64,000 bases of DNA, taken from assembly GCA_964560355.1 (NCBI GenBank), contig CAZLLI010000001.1, positions 834-64,833 on the forward strand, read 5' to 3'. The translations under genes and the position numbers were made by a program. This DNA comes from an uncultured bacterium (GTDB taxonomy: Bacteria; Krumholzibacteriota; Krumholzibacteriia; WVZY01; JAKEHA01). This document shows positions 11,232-22,299 of the stretch, one piece after another (position 1 is the stretch's first letter; the number at the start of each line of letters is the position of its first letter). The notes beneath the pieces were generated by a model, which worked only from the letters and a program-made list of their open reading frames with translations, had not been told where the DNA came from and made no database searches.

Positions 11232-12068
11232 CTAGCTGCGCGTGAGCGGCGGCTTGCGTTCGGGGCCCTTGGGGTGCTCGAGGTCGATGAGCTCGTCGAC
11301 CAAGTCGGCGCTCGCTTCTTCCATCTCGAGCACGAAGCGGTCGATCTGCAGGACGAAGTACGAGTAGAACGCGGACACCGGCACCGCGATCATGAGGCCG
11401 GCCGCGGTGGTGATGAGCGCCTCCTCGATGCCCTTCGCGACCAGCTTGGCCGACACCTGCTCGGCGGCGGCGATGGCCGCGAAGGCGGCGATCATCCCCG
11501 TCACGGTGCCCAGGAAGCCGAGCAGCGGCGCGACGTTGGAGACCGACGCCAGCGCGAGCAGCCCGCGCTCCAGGTGCGCCATTTCGATTGCGCCCGCCGA
11601 CGCGATGGCTTTCTCCACCGCTTCCGGCCCGCGGTTCGCGCGCAACAGTCCCGCGTGCATGATGGCCGCGATGGGCCCGCGCGTGCGCTGGCACAACGCG
11701 AGCGCGGCGTCGGGGCCCTCGGTGCGCAGCGCCGTCGTCACCTCGACCATGAGCTTGCGCGTGTTGACGCGCGCGCGCGACAGCGTCCACATGCGCTCGA
11801 TGATCAACACCAGGCCGAGGATCGCGCACAACAAGAGCGGGTGCATGCACACGCCTCCCTTCGCGTACAACGTGCCGAGGGCGCTGTGGCCGATGCGGTC
11901 GAAGAAGCCCTGGTGGGCGGTGGTGGTGACGGGAGCGACGGAGAGGACGCTGTCGGAGTCGGAGGTCGCGACGACCCCCTGGGTCTGCGGAATGCCGCCT
12001 TGCGCCGACACCGTGGCCGGCACGAGCGCGAACATGACGAGCAGCAGAATGAGTCGCGACACGGTCAT
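11232..12068 (-). CDS. exbB: ExbB/TolQ/MotA-family proton-channel protein with N-terminal signal peptide
   Basis: Start preferred at M39 (MTVSRLILLLVMFALVPATVSAQ). A periplasmic N-domain, then a three-TM MotA/TolQ/ExbB core (…LLGFLGTVTGMIAAF…). ExbB with a signal peptide is typical of FCB-group bacteria. Confidence 0.8.
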   Translation of the reverse strand: MTVSRLILLLVMFALVPATVSAQGGIPQTQGVVATSDSDSVLSVAPVTTTAHQGFFDRIGHSALGTLYAKGGVCMHPLLLCAILGLVLIIERMWTLSRARVNTRKLMVEVTTALRTEGPDAALALCQRTRGPIAAIMHAGLLRANRGPEAVEKAIASAGAIEMAHLERGLLALASVSNVAPLLGFLGTVTGMIAAFAAIAAAEQVSAKLVAKGIEEALITTAAGLMIAVPVSAFYSYFVLQIDRFVLEMEEASADLVDELIDLEHPKGPERKPPLTRS

Positions 12069-12144
12069 CGGATCACTCGTGGTGCGCGCCGAACGCGCGC
12101 GCCGTGCGCGACCATAGCCGCGGCGGGGTCCATCTGTCAACGCG

Positions 12145-13707
12145 CTACTTGTCGGACACGGTCGAGCTGCGCTCGAGGACATAGGAGCCGTGACCGTCCC
12201 GGTCCACGAATAGGAATCGCATGCCGATGTCCTGCTCCTGCACCTGGTCGCGCTTCAGCATGGGGTCGCCGCCGGCGACGTAGATCCACAATTCGTAGGG
12301 TACGCCGGTGTTGTCCTCGGGGCGATTGCGCGCGTTGGGCGACCCGCCCGAAAGGGTGTTGCGAATCGTGGGCAGCGTGTATTGCTTCGACCCCACCGAG
12401 CTGAAGTTCATCGGATGGTACGGGTCTTCCACCATCGCCTCGGCTTCGAGCAGGGTTTCGTAGTTGAGCGGGATGACGTCCTGGATCAACTCGTCGGGCG
12501 GCCCGTAGCGCAGGTAGATATCCCCGCGCGGGCTGGTGATGGCGGCGCCGCGATCGCCGAAGTGCGCATTGATGTAGTCCATGCGTTCCACGAAGGTGTC
12601 GTACGCTTCGTTGCTGCCGCTGTCGGGCGTGGGGTCGAAGCTCTTCCACAGGGCGTCGAGGACTTGCTCTTGCTCGCCTGGCGACTTCTGCTGGAAGGCC
12701 TTGAATTCGTCGTCGCCGAGGAGGAAGCGCGCTTCCGCGAGGTACTCGCGGCGCGGGACTTCCCACGTGCGCAGATCCCACGCCACCGAGAAATCGCCGC
12801 TCTTCACGCGCGCGATCGACTGCCCCGCGAGTCCGAACGACAAGTAGAGCGTGTACGTGCCCGCCGGCACCGTGGTGAGGTCTTCGCTCAGGAACACGGG
12901 GTACGTGCGCAGCGCGGCGCCTTCCGGCGTCGGGTTGGGGAGCGTGCGCTTGGTCTCGCGCACGGTCTCGCCGGTCGCGTTCACGATCTCGGTGCGGAAG
13001 TCGAAGGTCGGCGCCTGCGCCAGCGAATCGGGGAGATACAGCTCGACGTACACTTCGAGCGTGTCCTTGTACAGCCCGTACATGCGCGCGGCGTTGGGCT
13101 GGTACTTGCGAATCCCCTGCTCGCGCGGGTCCACCGACCACACGAACAGCGGCGTGCTGAACGACGCTTCGTCGTCGGGGATTTCGGGGAGGTTGAGGCG
13201 AACGCGTCGCACCGAGGAAGTCTTGTTCTGGTTCTTGATCAGCCCGACGATGCTCACCTTGGGCGCGTCGAGGTTCTCGAGCGACACCGAGAGCCAGTAG
13301 CCGCCGGCAGCGAGGTGCATTTGCTTGACGACGGTCTGGAACGCGAGCGAGGTCTCGACGCGCGACGGGTCGGTCTCCGCGAAGGTCATGGTCTCCTTCT
13401 GCTTGACGACTTCCTTGCCGGTGTCGTCGGTGAGGAGCCAGCTGAAGGCGACGCGCGTCTTCCACCCCGCCTTGCCCGCGTCCTTGAAGCGCAGCGACGT
13501 GTTGGGAATGCGCACGACGACGTCGGCCATCACCTTGTGGTCGCGGCCGCGGAAGGTGGCGGTGTCGAGATGGAAGTCGAAGTCGCCGCGCCCCGGGTGC
13601 TGCGCGAATGCGGGCAGCACGCCGGCCACAAGCAGCGCCGCGCCCAAGAAAAGATGGGCGCCCCGAGGGGCGCCCATGCTCGCGGAAATCTTCCGCACGA
13701 ACGTCAT
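12145..13707 (-). CDS. secreted GWxTD-family paralog (degenerate motif)
   Basis: Signal peptide MGAPRGAHLFLGAALLVAGVLPAFAQ. The C-terminal region HFGDRGAAITSPRGDIYLRYGPPDELI…YELWIY aligns with the GWxTD region of the 2915..4186 protein. The GW dipeptide itself is absent. Confidence 0.6.
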   Translation of the reverse strand: MTFVRKISASMGAPRGAHLFLGAALLVAGVLPAFAQHPGRGDFDFHLDTATFRGRDHKVMADVVVRIPNTSLRFKDAGKAGWKTRVAFSWLLTDDTGKEVVKQKETMTFAETDPSRVETSLAFQTVVKQMHLAAGGYWLSVSLENLDAPKVSIVGLIKNQNKTSSVRRVRLNLPEIPDDEASFSTPLFVWSVDPREQGIRKYQPNAARMYGLYKDTLEVYVELYLPDSLAQAPTFDFRTEIVNATGETVRETKRTLPNPTPEGAALRTYPVFLSEDLTTVPAGTYTLYLSFGLAGQSIARVKSGDFSVAWDLRTWEVPRREYLAEARFLLGDDEFKAFQQKSPGEQEQVLDALWKSFDPTPDSGSNEAYDTFVERMDYINAHFGDRGAAITSPRGDIYLRYGPPDELIQDVIPLNYETLLEAEAMVEDPYHPMNFSSVGSKQYTLPTIRNTLSGGSPNARNRPEDNTGVPYELWIYVAGGDPMLKRDQVQEQDIGMRFLFVDRDGHGSYVLERSSTVSDK

Positions 13708-13711
13708 ATCT

Positions 13712-14668
13712 CTAGTACGTGAAGCCGAGAGAAATGCGGTGGACATCGCCCAAGAAGTCATAGTCGTTCCACGCGTAGTCGAACGTGAGGTCCGAGGTCT
13801 GACTGGTGTCGATGCGCAGGCCCATGCCCGCCGAGAGTCCCTCGCTGTCGGTGTTGAAGTTGTAGCCGCCGCGCAGGAAGAAGAACTGGTTGAACCCGTA
13901 TTCGGCGCCCAGGTTGATGCGCTCCTGGTTGTCCGACGGGTGCGTGAACTCGAATACGCCCTGCAGGCTGTTCACGCCCTGCGAGTACGGTGTCGCCGCC
14001 ATCGCGACCTTGAACTGCGTCGGCATCTTGGAGCTGCGGTCGTCGTAGTCGACCTCGCCGCCCAAGCTCTGGATCATCATGCCGAGGCGCATGCCCCACA
14101 GGCCAATGCGATAGATCAAGCCGAAGTCGAACGCAAACGTGTTGACGCTCTTCTCCGCGAGACCCGAGTGGATGAAATGCACGGTCGCGCCCGACGAGAA
14201 CTTGTCGGTGAAGAACTTCGCGTACGACAAGCCGAACGACATGTCGCCGGCGTCGAACTCTTCGCCCGTGCCCTGCGGCAAGAAGACGGTGCGCACGACC
14301 TGCGGATCCATGGTGAGAGCGCGCGCGCTTACACCCCAGGTGCCGGGGACGAACGGCAGCGTGAACGCGCCCGCCGCGTAGTTGAGCTTGATGTCCGCGG
14401 GCCACCACGTGTACGAAAGCGACACGTCGGTGCGCGTGATGTCGACCATGCCGGCCGGATTCCAGTACGTGGCGGTAGCATCGTTCGAGATGGCGGTGAA
14501 CGCGCCGCCCATCCCGGAACCGCGCGCCGAAACGCCGATCTTCAGGAATTGGAGGGCGTACGTTCCCACCTTCGCGAACGGCTCGGTGGCAAACGACTGC
14601 GCCGGCAACGCCGCCACGATCAGCGCTGCAACGACACTCTGTTTGATCCTCGATCTCACTTTTTCCAA
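13712..14668 (-). CDS. outer-membrane beta-barrel protein, PorV/PorQ (FadL-like) family
   Basis: Signal peptide. An N-terminal GSGMGGAFTAISNDATATYWNPAGM motif (FadL/PorV-type, with the NPA element). Alternating amphipathic strands ending in …ISLGFTY. Confidence 0.6.
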   Translation of the reverse strand: MEKVRSRIKQSVVAALIVAALPAQSFATEPFAKVGTYALQFLKIGVSARGSGMGGAFTAISNDATATYWNPAGMVDITRTDVSLSYTWWPADIKLNYAAGAFTLPFVPGTWGVSARALTMDPQVVRTVFLPQGTGEEFDAGDMSFGLSYAKFFTDKFSSGATVHFIHSGLAEKSVNTFAFDFGLIYRIGLWGMRLGMMIQSLGGEVDYDDRSSKMPTQFKVAMAATPYSQGVNSLQGVFEFTHPSDNQERINLGAEYGFNQFFFLRGGYNFNTDSEGLSAGMGLRIDTSQTSDLTFDYAWNDYDFLGDVHRISLGFTY

Positions 14669-14698
14669 CCTCCTGGAAGGAAACCGGCCCGGCCGGAT

Positions 14699-17600
14699 CT
14701 AGAACTCGAACCCGAGACCCAGGCGCCACAAGCGGTGGGTTTCCCAAATCGTCGGGTCGAACACCGGGTTGAAATCGTCCCGGCCGTCGGCGTTCTGGTC
14801 TTGGAGGTACGCGCCGCCGTATTCCCCCGTCTCCGTCAAATAAGAACCGTTGTCCATGGTGGCCGCTACCAGTCCGGGGAACGCGCCCGGGGCGTCGCCG
14901 CCCGGCAGGAGCACGTCCTCATCCAACAAATTGCGGCCCTCGAAGAACAGTGTCAACTCACGACCATACACGTTGAAGAGCTTTCTGCCCTGGATGCTCA
15001 GCTTGTGGGTCGGCTCCAGGCGGCGGGAGTTCTCCCAGGTGGGGTCGTTCAAGCGCGCGAAGCGGTCGACCGGCGTCCACGGGAGGCCCGAGCCGTACTG
15101 GTAGATCATCGTCGCGCCCCACTTGTTGCGGTCCTGCAAGCGCAGCGTCACGTTGAAGGTGTTTCGCTGGTCCCAGTCGAGCGGGTATTCCTCGGTCGGC
15201 AAGTGGGTCAAACCCTCGGCCGAGCGCCCGAAGTCGGCGTCGCTGGCCACACCGTCGGCGAACGAGTAGGTGTAGTAAACCTCGAAGCCGAGACGGCGCG
15301 TGAGCCGCTTCTCGAGCGACAGTTCGACGCCGCGCGAGCTCGCGTACGTTCTATTGATGAAGCGGAACGCCTGCACGCCGGTCGAGTCGTCGGTGACGCG
15401 CGTCGACGAAATCAGGCCGTAGATGTCCTTGTTGAACACGACGAAGTTGCCCGCGATGTCGTCGGTGAACTGGTGCGAGATGCCGGCTTGGTACGACACC
15501 GTGAGCTCGGGCTCCAGGTTCGGGTTGCCGAGCGTCCCCGTCGAACCGACCGGGTCCTGGGTGCGGAACAAGTACACGCGGCTCGGCCACTGCGTGAAGC
15601 GGCCGTAGTGGAAGAAGAACTTGTCGCGGTCGGTGATCGGGAACGCGACGCCCAAGCGCGGCGACAGGTTCCACTTGAACTCGTCGACCGACTGGTCGAT
15701 CTCCGAGCTCGCGATGTCGATCGCGCTGTTGTTGCCGACCGTGAACCATTCGTAGCGAAGGCCGCCGTTGACGACCATGCCCTCGTAGTCCCACTTGTCC
15801 TGCACGTAGACGGCGCCTTCGGCGTTGAAGTTCTCGTAGATATTGACGTTTAGACCCTGCTGGATCATCCCGTTCTCGTCGATGCGGGTCTGCGCCGGGT
15901 TGACGCGCTCGTCGTCGTTGAGATCGTTATAAAGGAGCTGAATACCGGTCTTGATGCGGTGCCCCTTGAACTGGTCCGACACCACGTCGCCCTTGAAGAG
16001 GTACTGGATCGACTCCTGGTCCGAATAGAACGGATAGTCGTACGCGGTGACGAAATACGGAAAGTCGTCGTCGGTGTACCAGACAGCGTTCGACACGCCC
16101 GCGTTCAGGTAGGTGCCGTCGGGCAGCGTGACCGGCAGGCCCGCGGTCGAGAATTCGGCGGGTGCCTTCGGATTGCCGAGGTCGTCGAGCACGGTGCTCG
16201 AGGTCTTGAGGTCGAGGCGGCTCACCTTCAGCGTGTAGAGCAGCTTCGGCGTGATGTTGTGGCTGAAGCCGAGCTTGAGCTGCAAGTTCTCCGCGAGTGT
16301 CTGCGGCGTCGTGGTGGCCGAGTTGAAGGGCACGAACGACGAGTCGGCCCCTTGCGGCGCGGTCAGGTACGGCTTGAAGTCGCTCGCGCCGCGCTGGAAG
16401 CCTTCGAACAACGCCCACGGCTTGTAGCCGACGGAACCGTCGGGCGCCTGCTGCGCCTCGTCCCACACCACCGTCACGACGTTGTTGCCGATGCGGAAGT
16501 CGGCGGCGCGAAAATCGGTGTAGGTGACGACGTACTGGGTGCCGTCGGGATTGCGCACCAGGTCGATCACGTCGACCGGTCGCACGTTGAGCTGCGCGGC
16601 TTGCTTCGCCGGATCCGTGATTTCCGCCCACGGCCCGTGATTGATCGCGCGCAAACGGCCGAACTGGAATTGCTCGCGCCCGTTGACGGGCGGGCCGGCC
16701 ACGTCGAGGCCCTGGAAGTACCACACCTTCGACACGTAGCCCGAGATGTTCCAGTTGTTGATGTAGTCGTCGCCGCGCGACTCGGAGTAGATGGCTTCGC
16801 CGTCGAGCTTCATGCGCGCCATCTTGTAGGTGAGCTTGCCCTGCAGGTTGTACGCCGAGGTCTGTCGCTGCCGGAACTTGAGCCAGTCGGTGATCTTGTG
16901 CTCTTCGCGCGGCTCGATGGTGGTGTTCTCGGTGTCGCTCCAGGTCGCTTCGCCCGACATGTAGTAGCGCAGGTTCTTCCACCAGGTGGGACCGCCGAAG
17001 CCCAAGCTCAAGCGGTCGAAGTTGGTGTAGGTCTTGTCGGAGCGGCCGAAGTCGTCGGTGAAGTAGCGCACTTCGCCGCCGAAGGTCGCGCCGCCTTCCT
17101 TGGTCGCGATATTGATGACGGCCGACTGCGCGTCGCCGTATTCGGCGTCCATACCGCCCGACACGATTTCGGAGCCCGAAGTGCCGAGCATGCCGACGTC
17201 GACCGAGCCGCCGCCGAGCGGGTCGGACACGGGGACGCCGTCGATCTGGATTTGGACTTCGTTGCTGCGGCCGCCGCGCACGTGCATGTCGTCGCCGGTC
17301 TTCACGATGCCGGCCTTGAGGCCGACCGCTTCGATGATGTCGTCGACCGGCATTTCTCCCAGCTGTTGCTCGGTGACGTTACCGGTGACCTTGGTCTCGG
17401 TCACCTCGACCATCGCTTTTTCCGCCGTCACGACGATCTCTTGGATCTGCGCGACCACTTTTTCTTTGAGGCGAAACGACGTCGTCGCGGCGGCTCCGAC
17501 GTTCACGACCACGCCGGCCTTTTCGACCGCCTCGAAACCCATCATCATCGCTTTGACGGTGTACGTGCCGATGGGCACGCCTTTGATCTCGAACTTGCCG

Positions 17601-17767
17601 TCGGTGAGGCTCATGGCACCCATGGTGGTGCCGACGACCATGACGTTTGCGTAAGGGAGGGGCTTACCGTCTTTTTCGGACACGACGGTTCCGGTGATGG
17701 AACCGGTTTGCGCCATCGCCAACGACGACGCCAATCCCAACAGCGCGACGACGATCGCACCGATCAT
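14699..17767 (-). CDS. TonB-dependent receptor with N-terminal carboxypeptidase-regulatory-like domain
   Basis: 1022 aa from the ATG at 17767; an alternative start is 17794. Signal peptide MIGAIVVALLGLASSLAMAQ. A CarbopepD_reg-like segment (GSITGTVVSEKDGKPLPYANVMVV…), a plug (…VVTAEKAMVE…IQIDGVPVSDP…), a long 22-strand barrel and the terminal …LGLGFEF. Confidence 0.85.
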   Translation of the reverse strand: MIGAIVVALLGLASSLAMAQTGSITGTVVSEKDGKPLPYANVMVVGTTMGAMSLTDGKFEIKGVPIGTYTVKAMMMGFEAVEKAGVVVNVGAAATTSFRLKEKVVAQIQEIVVTAEKAMVEVTETKVTGNVTEQQLGEMPVDDIIEAVGLKAGIVKTGDDMHVRGGRSNEVQIQIDGVPVSDPLGGGSVDVGMLGTSGSEIVSGGMDAEYGDAQSAVINIATKEGGATFGGEVRYFTDDFGRSDKTYTNFDRLSLGFGGPTWWKNLRYYMSGEATWSDTENTTIEPREEHKITDWLKFRQRQTSAYNLQGKLTYKMARMKLDGEAIYSESRGDDYINNWNISGYVSKVWYFQGLDVAGPPVNGREQFQFGRLRAINHGPWAEITDPAKQAAQLNVRPVDVIDLVRNPDGTQYVVTYTDFRAADFRIGNNVVTVVWDEAQQAPDGSVGYKPWALFEGFQRGASDFKPYLTAPQGADSSFVPFNSATTTPQTLAENLQLKLGFSHNITPKLLYTLKVSRLDLKTSSTVLDDLGNPKAPAEFSTAGLPVTLPDGTYLNAGVSNAVWYTDDDFPYFVTAYDYPFYSDQESIQYLFKGDVVSDQFKGHRIKTGIQLLYNDLNDDERVNPAQTRIDENGMIQQGLNVNIYENFNAEGAVYVQDKWDYEGMVVNGGLRYEWFTVGNNSAIDIASSEIDQSVDEFKWNLSPRLGVAFPITDRDKFFFHYGRFTQWPSRVYLFRTQDPVGSTGTLGNPNLEPELTVSYQAGISHQFTDDIAGNFVVFNKDIYGLISSTRVTDDSTGVQAFRFINRTYASSRGVELSLEKRLTRRLGFEVYYTYSFADGVASDADFGRSAEGLTHLPTEEYPLDWDQRNTFNVTLRLQDRNKWGATMIYQYGSGLPWTPVDRFARLNDPTWENSRRLEPTHKLSIQGRKLFNVYGRELTLFFEGRNLLDEDVLLPGGDAPGAFPGLVAATMDNGSYLTETGEYGGAYLQDQNADGRDDFNPVFDPTIWETHRLWRLGLGFEF

Positions 17768-17851
17768 CGTTCCGCGTCCGTCCCGTGGAAGCATTCGCGA
17801 AACCCCTTTCGCCTTCCGACACAAAGCCCGGACCTCCGGGGATGTGTTCAC

Positions 17852-18213
17852 AAGCCGATTACTATGTTGTGGTGGGGACGATCCCGTCGCGGCGGTCCCA
17901 GCCGACGCGGCGGCTTCGAACAGGTGGGGTCACTCTATCACAGCCGTCCGCTGCAATACTAGCAATATCACTGACTTCGACGCCAATATAGACCGCCCCG
18001 GCGATGGTTGTCAATATTAGTCATCTGTCGGGCATCTCCGGGTTCTAAGCAGCGGTCAAACCTCAAGCTCTTGAACCAATTAGCATTCACCGATCGAGGG
18101 CCGTGAGGCGGGGTGACGGCCCGTGGGGAACTTGGGGGAGGGTGCTCCAGCAGTGGATGCACACTCATTATGTCTTCGTCGCGCGCGACCGTCAACCCGG
18201 CCGGCGCAAGATT
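17852..18213. promoter_or_regulatory. GC-poor intergenic region upstream of the TonB-dependent receptor gene, with CAATA(C/T) direct repeats
   Basis: This is the only clearly AT-enriched stretch in the window (about 17940..18080). CAATAY appears at about 17954, 17963, 17984 and 18012. It lies 5' of the receptor gene and 3' of oppF. Confidence 0.3.
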
Positions 18214-19225
18214 CTACTTTTCGTACAGCCAGCAGGCGGTTCGATGGCCCGGCTCGAGCTCTTTGTCGGGCGGAGTCTGCTCGCGGCAGATCGACATCGC
18301 GTGCGGGCAGCGGGTGTGGAACGCGCACCCGCGCGGCGCCTGCGCCGGGCTCGGAATGTCGCCGGGCAAGATGATGCGCTGGCGCTTCACACCCGGCTCC
18401 AGGCTCGGCACCGCGCTCAAGAGTGCCTGCGTGTACGGGTGCTTGGGGTCGCGATACAACTTGGTCGCGGGCGCGAGCTCGACCACGCGGCCGAGGTACA
18501 TCACCGCGACGCGGTCGCTAATGTACTCGACGACGCCCAGGTCGTGCGCGATGAAGAGGTACGTCAGGTCGAGCGCTTCCTGGAGATCTTTGAGCAGGTT
18601 GATGATCTGCGCCTGAATCGACTCGTCGAGCGAGCTCACCGGTTCGTCGTCGATGAAGAGATCGGGGTTGACCGCGAGCGCGCGCGCGATGCCGATGCGC
18701 TGGCGCTGTCCGCCCGAGAACTCGTGCGGGTAGCGGTTCATGTACTCGGCGGGAATGCCGACGCGATCGAGCAACTCCGCGACGCGCTGATTGACCGCCT
18801 CGCCGACCGCGAGCTTGTGGATCTTGATCGCTTCCGCGATCATGCTGCCCACCGTGAGGCGCGGGTTGAGCGATCCGTACGGGTCCTGGAAGACGATTTG
18901 CATGCGCTTCCTGAGCTTGCGCATGTCGGCCGCGCTCTGGTCGAAGACGGAGATGCCGTCGAAGGTGACCTTGCCAGACGTGATATCGGTCAGGCGCAGG
19001 ATCGCGCGCGCGAGTGTAGTCTTGCCGCAGCCGCTCTCCCCCACCAGGCCCAGCGTCTCGCCGCGGTAGATCTCGAAGCTGACGCCGTCGACGGCGCGCA
19101 CCCAGCCCACCACGCGCGAAAGCACGCCGCGACGAATCGGGAAGTGCTTGCACAGGTCTTCGACCTTGAGCAGCATTTCGCCGCGCCGCGCGCTCTTGCG
19201 CTCGCTCTGCACGTCGACTTCGGTG

Positions 19226-19233
<8 letters not shown>
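18214..19233 (-). CDS. dppF: oligopeptide/dipeptide ABC transporter ATP-binding protein (OppF/DppF type)
   Basis: GESGCGKTT Walker [16 protein letters not shown] signature, and the C-terminal oligopeptide-transporter extension with Cys residues ([11 protein letters not shown]). Confidence 0.9.
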
Positions 19234-20284
<1,051 letters not shown>

Positions 20285-20290
20285 TCCATT

Positions 20291-21148
20291 CTATCGAGCA
20301 TCCAGCGCGTCGCGGATGCCGTCTCCCACCAAGTTGAGCGCCGTGACCGCGACCGTGATCGCGAGCGCGGGGAACGCGCTCACCCACCACGCGGTCGCGA
20401 GGGCGTCGCGTCCTTCGAATACCATTCCGCCCCAGCTCGGCGTCGGCGGCGTGAGGCCCAACCCCAGAAACGACAGCGACGACTCGAGCAAGATCACGGT
20501 CCCCGCGTTCAACGTCGCCGCGACGACGAGCGCGCCGAGCGCGTTGGGAAGCAGGTGGCGCGCGACCAGTCGCGGCGTCCCCACTCCCGACGCCACCGCG
20601 GCGTCGACGAATTCGCGCGAGCGCAGGCGCCTCACTTCCCCGCGCACGATGCGCGCCATCCCCATCCACCCGGTGGCCGCGATGAACACCGCGAGCGTCC
20701 CCGCGCCGGGCGGCACCAGCGCCACCACCGTCAGCAAGAGCAAGAGCCGCGGGAACGACAGGAGCCCGTCGACGGTCCGCATCATGGCGTCGTCGACGCG
20801 ACGCGGTGCGACCCCCGACAGCGCCCCGAACAACGTCCCCATCGCCGCCGCCAGCGCGACCGACAGCGCGCACACTCCGAACGATGCGCGCCCGCCGTAC
20901 GCCACCCGCGACCACACGTCGCGGCCGAAGCGATCCGTCCCCATGGGGTGGATCGCGGCGGGCGCCCGGTAGCGCGTGTCCGGCGCGACGTCGGCCGGGT
21001 GCGCACCCACCACGAGCGGCGCCAGGATCGACGCCGCCACCATGATCACCAACACCGCGAGCGCCGCGGTGGCCATGGCGTCGTCGTCGAAGCGCCGGCG
21101 CATGCGGCCGCGCGCTCGCGCGCCCCACACCATCGCGGCGACCAACAT
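20291..21148 (-). CDS. dppC: ABC transporter permease, DppC/OppC family
   Basis: Core …HPMGTDRFGRDVWSRVAYGGRASFGV… plus six TM segments. The start is uncertain. I place the ATG at 21148 (MLVAAMVWGARARGRMRRRFDDD…). A GTG at 21322 overlapping the dppB TGA (GTGA) is also possible. Confidence 0.75.
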   Translation of the reverse strand: MLVAAMVWGARARGRMRRRFDDDAMATAALAVLVIMVAASILAPLVVGAHPADVAPDTRYRAPAAIHPMGTDRFGRDVWSRVAYGGRASFGVCALSVALAAAMGTLFGALSGVAPRRVDDAMMRTVDGLLSFPRLLLLLTVVALVPPGAGTLAVFIAATGWMGMARIVRGEVRRLRSREFVDAAVASGVGTPRLVARHLLPNALGALVVAATLNAGTVILLESSLSFLGLGLTPPTPSWGGMVFEGRDALATAWWVSAFPALAITVAVTALNLVGDGIRDALDAR

Positions 21149-21318
21149 CACCCACCCGGCGAGCACAACCACGCGCTCGTCGGCGGGAAGCCCGCGCCAC
21201 GCGGCGAACCGCGCCACGGCGATGACGGTGTACGCGCACGAGCCCGCTGCAAGAACGGCGCCAACGCCTCGCCGTGCCGCCGGGGTGGCAAAGGGCAGCC
21301 AGGCCGGTCTCTGCGCCG

Positions 21319-22293
21319 TCACGACTCGCCTCCCGGTTCCGCGGTGCGCGGGTCGGCGCGCAGCGTGGCCGCGTCCGCTAGGAAATTTCCGCCGATCACG
21401 AGGCACGCGGCCACGAAGTTGACCGCCAGCACCACCGGGTAGTCGCGGGCGTAGATCGACTCCACCATGAGCGACCCCATCCCGGGCCACGCGAACACCG
21501 TCTCCACCACCACCGCCCCGCCGAGGAGAAACGGCGCGCTCAGCCCGGCCAGCGTGATCAACACGCCGAGCGCGTTTCGAAATGCGTGCCGCCACACCAC
21601 GCGCGACTCCGGGAGTCCCTTCGCGCGCGCGGTGCGCACGAAGTCCTCCGCGAGCGCGTCGACCATGCTGCCGCGCGTGAAGCGCGCGAAGCCGGCGGCG
21701 CTCGCGACGCCGAGCACGATCGACGGGAGCACGAGGTGACGCGCGCGATCGACGAAGGACGCCGCGCCGGCGACGTCGAGGCCGGGGGTCGCGATGCCGG
21801 AGGTCGGCAGCCACGAGCGCGTGACCGCGAACGCGTCGATCAGGAGATAGGCGAGATAGAAAGACGGGATCGCGTACAGCACGATTACCGAAAAGGAGAG
21901 CACGCGGTCGACGGCGCGGCGCCGGTAGCGTGCGGCGATGGTGCCGGCCACGACACCGATGGTGAGTTGGAGCGCGAGCGCGATCGACGTGAGCAGGAGC
22001 GTGCGCGGAATCGTCTCCGCGACGACGTCGCGCACCGGGCGGTGGCTCGCGAGGCTCACGCCGAAGTCGCCCACCAGGAACGCCTTCGCCCAGCGCGCGA
22101 ATTGCACGAGGAGCGGCCGGTCGAGTCCGAGCGAATGGCGGATGCGCTCGACGTCGGCGAGGTCGACGCCGGCGTCGACGTAGCGCGCGAGCGGGTCGCC
22201 GGGGGCGAGGTGGAGCAGAACGAAGGTGAGCGTCAGCGTGATCGCGACGAGGACAACGGCTTGCAGGGCGCGGCGAGCGAGAAACGAGCCCAT
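21319..22293 (-). CDS. dppB: ABC transporter permease, DppB/OppB family
   Basis: MGSFLARRALQAVVLVAITLTLTFVLLHLAPGDP… is the canonical DppB N-terminus. 324 aa. Confidence 0.85.
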   Translation of the reverse strand: MGSFLARRALQAVVLVAITLTLTFVLLHLAPGDPLARYVDAGVDLADVERIRHSLGLDRPLLVQFARWAKAFLVGDFGVSLASHRPVRDVVAETIPRTLLLTSIALALQLTIGVVAGTIAARYRRRAVDRVLSFSVIVLYAIPSFYLAYLLIDAFAVTRSWLPTSGIATPGLDVAGAASFVDRARHLVLPSIVLGVASAAGFARFTRGSMVDALAEDFVRTARAKGLPESRVVWRHAFRNALGVLITLAGLSAPFLLGGAVVVETVFAWPGMGSLMVESIYARDYPVVLAVNFVAACLVIGGNFLADAATLRADPRTAEPGGES

Positions 22294-22299
22294 GTCCTC

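Noticed and set aside
12069-12182. 38-codon N-terminal extension of exbB
   Set aside because: It is low-complexity. The signal peptide begins at M39, and the extension would overlap the upstream GWxTD gene end.
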